In this document: positions 59,465-64,000 of the stretch, piece by piece
Layout: every line of letters begins with the position of its first letter
Numbering within the stretch: the first letter of the stretch is position 1
Assembly (NCBI RefSeq): GCF_009914755.1
Contig: NC_060934.1
DNA from: the human T2T-CHM13v2.0 reference genome, Homo sapiens
Length of the DNA stretch: 64,000 bases
Strand: one strand, 5' to 3'
Notes under the pieces: generated by a model
Told to the model about the DNA's origin: nothing
Database searches by the model: none
The model's input: the letters and a program-made list of their open reading frames with translations, nothing else
Position numbers and translations under genes: made by a program

Positions 59465-59614
59465 TGAATTTGGGACCAACCTTTTGGGCTTAGTTGTATT
59501 ATAACCCTACTGAGCTTGATTCCTATGTTGTCCCCTCTCTGTTAAATTCCCATCACGTTTGTTGAAATTGTTTAACAGAAAAACTAAAATTAAATTAGTT
59601 AGATGAGAGAACAC

Positions 59615-59830
59615 ATCAGGTAGTCATGTGGATCAGACTCTGGAATCAGGCAAATGCCCACCTATCACTTCCCTGCGGGTGTGAAACTCTTTGCAACTGA
59701 TACTTAATCTATAACACAAAGATAAAAAAGAGACTTCTTGTGCATTTTTGCTAAGATAAGGCATGTAAGGTGCTCAGCCCAGTGCCTGGCACATAGAGCA
59801 CTATTTACATGTTAGCTACAGTTATTATTT
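59615..59830 (+). mobile_element. MIR
   Basis: agactctggaatcaggc..gcatgtaaggtgctcagcccagtgcctggcacatag. Confidence 0.75.
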
Positions 59831-59880
59831 GTATTAGAAATCTTATTGTCAAGCACAGGTTGTGGAGGGAAACAGCATAG

Positions 59881-60278
<398 letters not shown>

Positions 60279-60954
60279 GATTTCTTTTTTAAAAAAAGAA
60301 CAAAATCATTTCACCTCACCATTGGCTGGGTTATGATAGAATAACGGCACTGAACTACCTTACCTATTTGAAGTACGGGAACTCCTAAACACACTTAATT
60401 TCTAAGTAGGCATGTTTTCAAGGAGAACTCTCGAAGCACCTGTAGTATTAACCACTTCTCTCTCAGGAGAGCAGCGTGGTTTCTTCCAAGCGCAACCTTT
60501 GGCATCACACATCGCCAAGGTGATTTTTCCCTGATCCCAACATGTGTTCTCACATCGTGTTTAATTTAGGAAGATTAGAACCGGTGATCAGCCCCAGCTC
60601 CCACCTGGATTCCTTCTCATCTGCATTGTTGCATCAACCTTTTGATGTTTTTGTACTTTAGATTTTTAAAAGTATTTCTGAATACCATGTATGGTTTACA
60701 GAGGTCGAGGATCACTCACTTCCAAAATCTTCCTCTTATCCTAAATTGTCCCTAACATCCCATGAAATTACTTTTAACATCTATTTCCCTAATAGACATA
60801 ACGTATGCAAAGTCAAATTATAAGTTTGTGTTGTTTGCCACTGTTCCCCCAGCAGCCAACACAAGCCCACCTAGCTCAGATGAGGCACTTGCATTTGTTA
60901 AATGGTTTGTTTTTTCCTACGCCATTGAGTAAAAGCTGAGTTAAAAATCACAGG

Positions 60955-61778
<824 letters not shown>

Positions 61779-62514
61779 TTAGAATGATTCTCTTCTTCAT
61801 TAAGATCCTCCTCTCAATCACCTCTTCCCTGGCCCACCTCAGGAGAATGAAGAGGAACAAAGAAAGAAGCAAGCTCAAAAAGATTCCTACAGGACTGAAA
61901 ACCTTTCGCCCACTTAAAAAATGAAAGGCAATAAAAGCCCTCAGAGAAAGAGAAAGATCGCTTCTTCAACCTAACATCCCACCTTAAGCTCTAACCTGCA
62001 TATACAGGTACAAGCTGATGGATGAGACTATTAGCAATGAGAACCTCTTTATTGTTCATGTTGTTCACCCTGGAGAAGGAGCAAGGAGCAAAAGGTGACA
62101 GTAGAAAGGGCTTATTACCTCCCCTGGTAACTAAGCATCACACAGAAAGAAAACTGCCCTCACCCTAATCTTACATTTTCAGGGGCAGTGTTTAAATTTT
62201 TATTTTTAATTGAAGAGAATGCTTGAGTTTCTCCTAAAGGGAAAGTTACAAAGACTTATGAGTTTTGATGTACGTAAATGTACTGGAGTTTCAGAAGAAA
62301 TTCATGATCCCAGTAGAATTCTGAGAGAGTTGCCAGTAATCATTTTGTCTTGAAGAATGACCATGACTGAGCAAATCAACACGGGCAAAACTAATGGGAA
62401 AACGAACTCTTTCCAAAAGGATTAACAAACCCCTGATTCCCATGGAAGGAAGAACCTTGAAGGGGAGCCATCAAATGAAGGCATCAAATCTTGGATCTCC
62501 AGCCAAAGACTTAA

Positions 62515-63037
62515 TGTCAGAGGCATTTGAACCAGAGCGACTCCCTTTTGAGTGGGGCTGGAAAATGAGGCTGGGACTTGCTTCCTGGGCTGCATTATCA
62601 GAAAGTATGGCCTTCCTAGCCTCTACAGATGTTTATGGCCAAGGGAACAAATTAATAATGTTTACTAAACAGACCCAGACTTGGGAGTGTCCAGATATCC
62701 CAATATCTGGAGAATAAAGGCATTCCTAATTTTGCTTTAAATATAATAATATCGATCCTTACAAAATATATTAATTAAGAAAATCAATCCTTTATCACAA
62801 ACCCTTGAGCAGAACACATCTCCCCATATATACCAGCATTGTACCTAGGGTGGATGCGCTCCTCCTCTTACTTTCAGGAACGTCCTACTCTGTCTATGGA
62901 GTAGCTGTCCCTTCACCTCTTTGCTTTCTTAATAAACTTGCTTTTGCTTTGTACTATGGGCTCACCCTGAATTCTTCCTTGAATGATATCCAAGAACGCT
63001 CTCTTGGCGTCTGGATCAGGACCCCTTTCCTGTAACA
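62515..63037 (+). mobile_element. MER41-family ERV1 solo LTR
   Basis: tgtcagaggcatttgaaccagagcgactcc...tctgtctatggagtagc..aataaacttgc..cctgtaaca; TSD ttaa/ataa. Confidence 0.92.
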
Positions 63038-63660
63038 ATAAGATCTGAGAGGCTGATAAGTTGCATGTTGAGAAATTCAGACCCCATGTCCTCTCTCGGG
63101 TTTCACACTGCAGCATCAGAGAGCTTGAATCTGCCCAATTGCAGCCACGACACTAGGAGTTATGGAAATGTATTTTCCATGGCTTCTCTTTCTTTTTCTG
63201 CTTCTTCCTTCCTCCCACTCTCCCACCCTCCTTCTCCTCTCTCTTAAATGTGCACAATAAAAATTATTAAGTCCAAAATATTTTCTTCTAAACTTAAAAA
63301 AAAAACCTCTAAGAAAATGTAATGCCTTCTCTGTTTATTACAAAAATTTGCAGTTTTGTGAAAACAGATTATATGGGTAGAGTTTTTACTTTATAAATAT
63401 CAATTAGTAGCCTAGTGGGTAGCATTTTCCTTTCTTTAGGGTTTCAATAAAAGCAAAGATGACTTTGTCTTAGAAACATTATATGTGGGAGAAGGCTGCT
63501 TAAGTTATTGGGTTAGGGAGAATCTTTGGCAATGCGTGTTCTAGATCAAGTTTGCCCAAGATATTTTAGCAGCCTTGGAAAAATGACACCCATTCCCAAG
63601 CCCATCCCCCTTGCCTACCAAGAACCTCAGCTCCCTCATTGCCCATTGATGATATTGAGC

Positions 63661-63840
63661 CATGGGTTTCCAACTGCTCCCTAGGGATTTGCGGATCTCC
63701 CTTCAGAGGCCGTGATGGAGAAGTGGACAAGGGAGAGTACAAATGCCGTGTTTCATTCTGAGTGATTTATTTCTGGTATTTCTGTTAACATTTTTATTTG
63801 AACAAAAGGTTTCTCCATCACAAAGAAGTTTGAAAACTAC
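63661..63840. mobile_element. Old hAT (MER102-like) fragment
   Basis: Ends aaagaagtttgaaaactact, a Charlie-type terminus. Confidence 0.45.
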
Positions 63841-64000
63841 TAGCTTAACTGATCATGAAATCAGTATCCTCCACCTCTAAAACTCTGAGATCAATGTGTC
63901 ATTAAAAAAAGGCTATGGCCAAAAACCAAGACATCCAGGTTTAAATCCTCACCCATTATTTTCTAGTTGTGTGACTTCAGGACAGTTGTCAACCTATAAA

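Overview
Primate (human or great ape) non-coding-type DNA, about half of it transposable-element derived: ~25 Alu/FLAM/FRAM copies, a young 5'-truncated L1PA3-like element, many old L1M/L2/L3/MIR pieces, ERV1/MaLR/ERVL solo LTRs and hAT/Tigger MITEs. I cannot support any intact protein-coding gene; almost all listed ORFs are Alu, L1 or simple-repeat artefacts. The standout signal is at the start (about 7-2400). After removing an AluY and an ERV1 LTR (itself holding an Alu), the remaining ~1.25 kb reads as a decayed, roughly full-length PIF/Harbinger (HARBI1-like, DDE_Tnp_4) transposase with its motifs in the correct order. This superfamily is very rare in mammals, so it may be a lost domesticated gene or a very old transposon fossil. 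Other observations: an L1 3' transduction (25534-25727), a 48-bp templated duplication, a stepwise triplicated FLAM junction, an L2-tail 32-bp VNTR, nested element stacks and several candidate regulatory sites. Repeat family names come from recalled consensus similarity, not a database search, and boundaries of old repeats are approximate.
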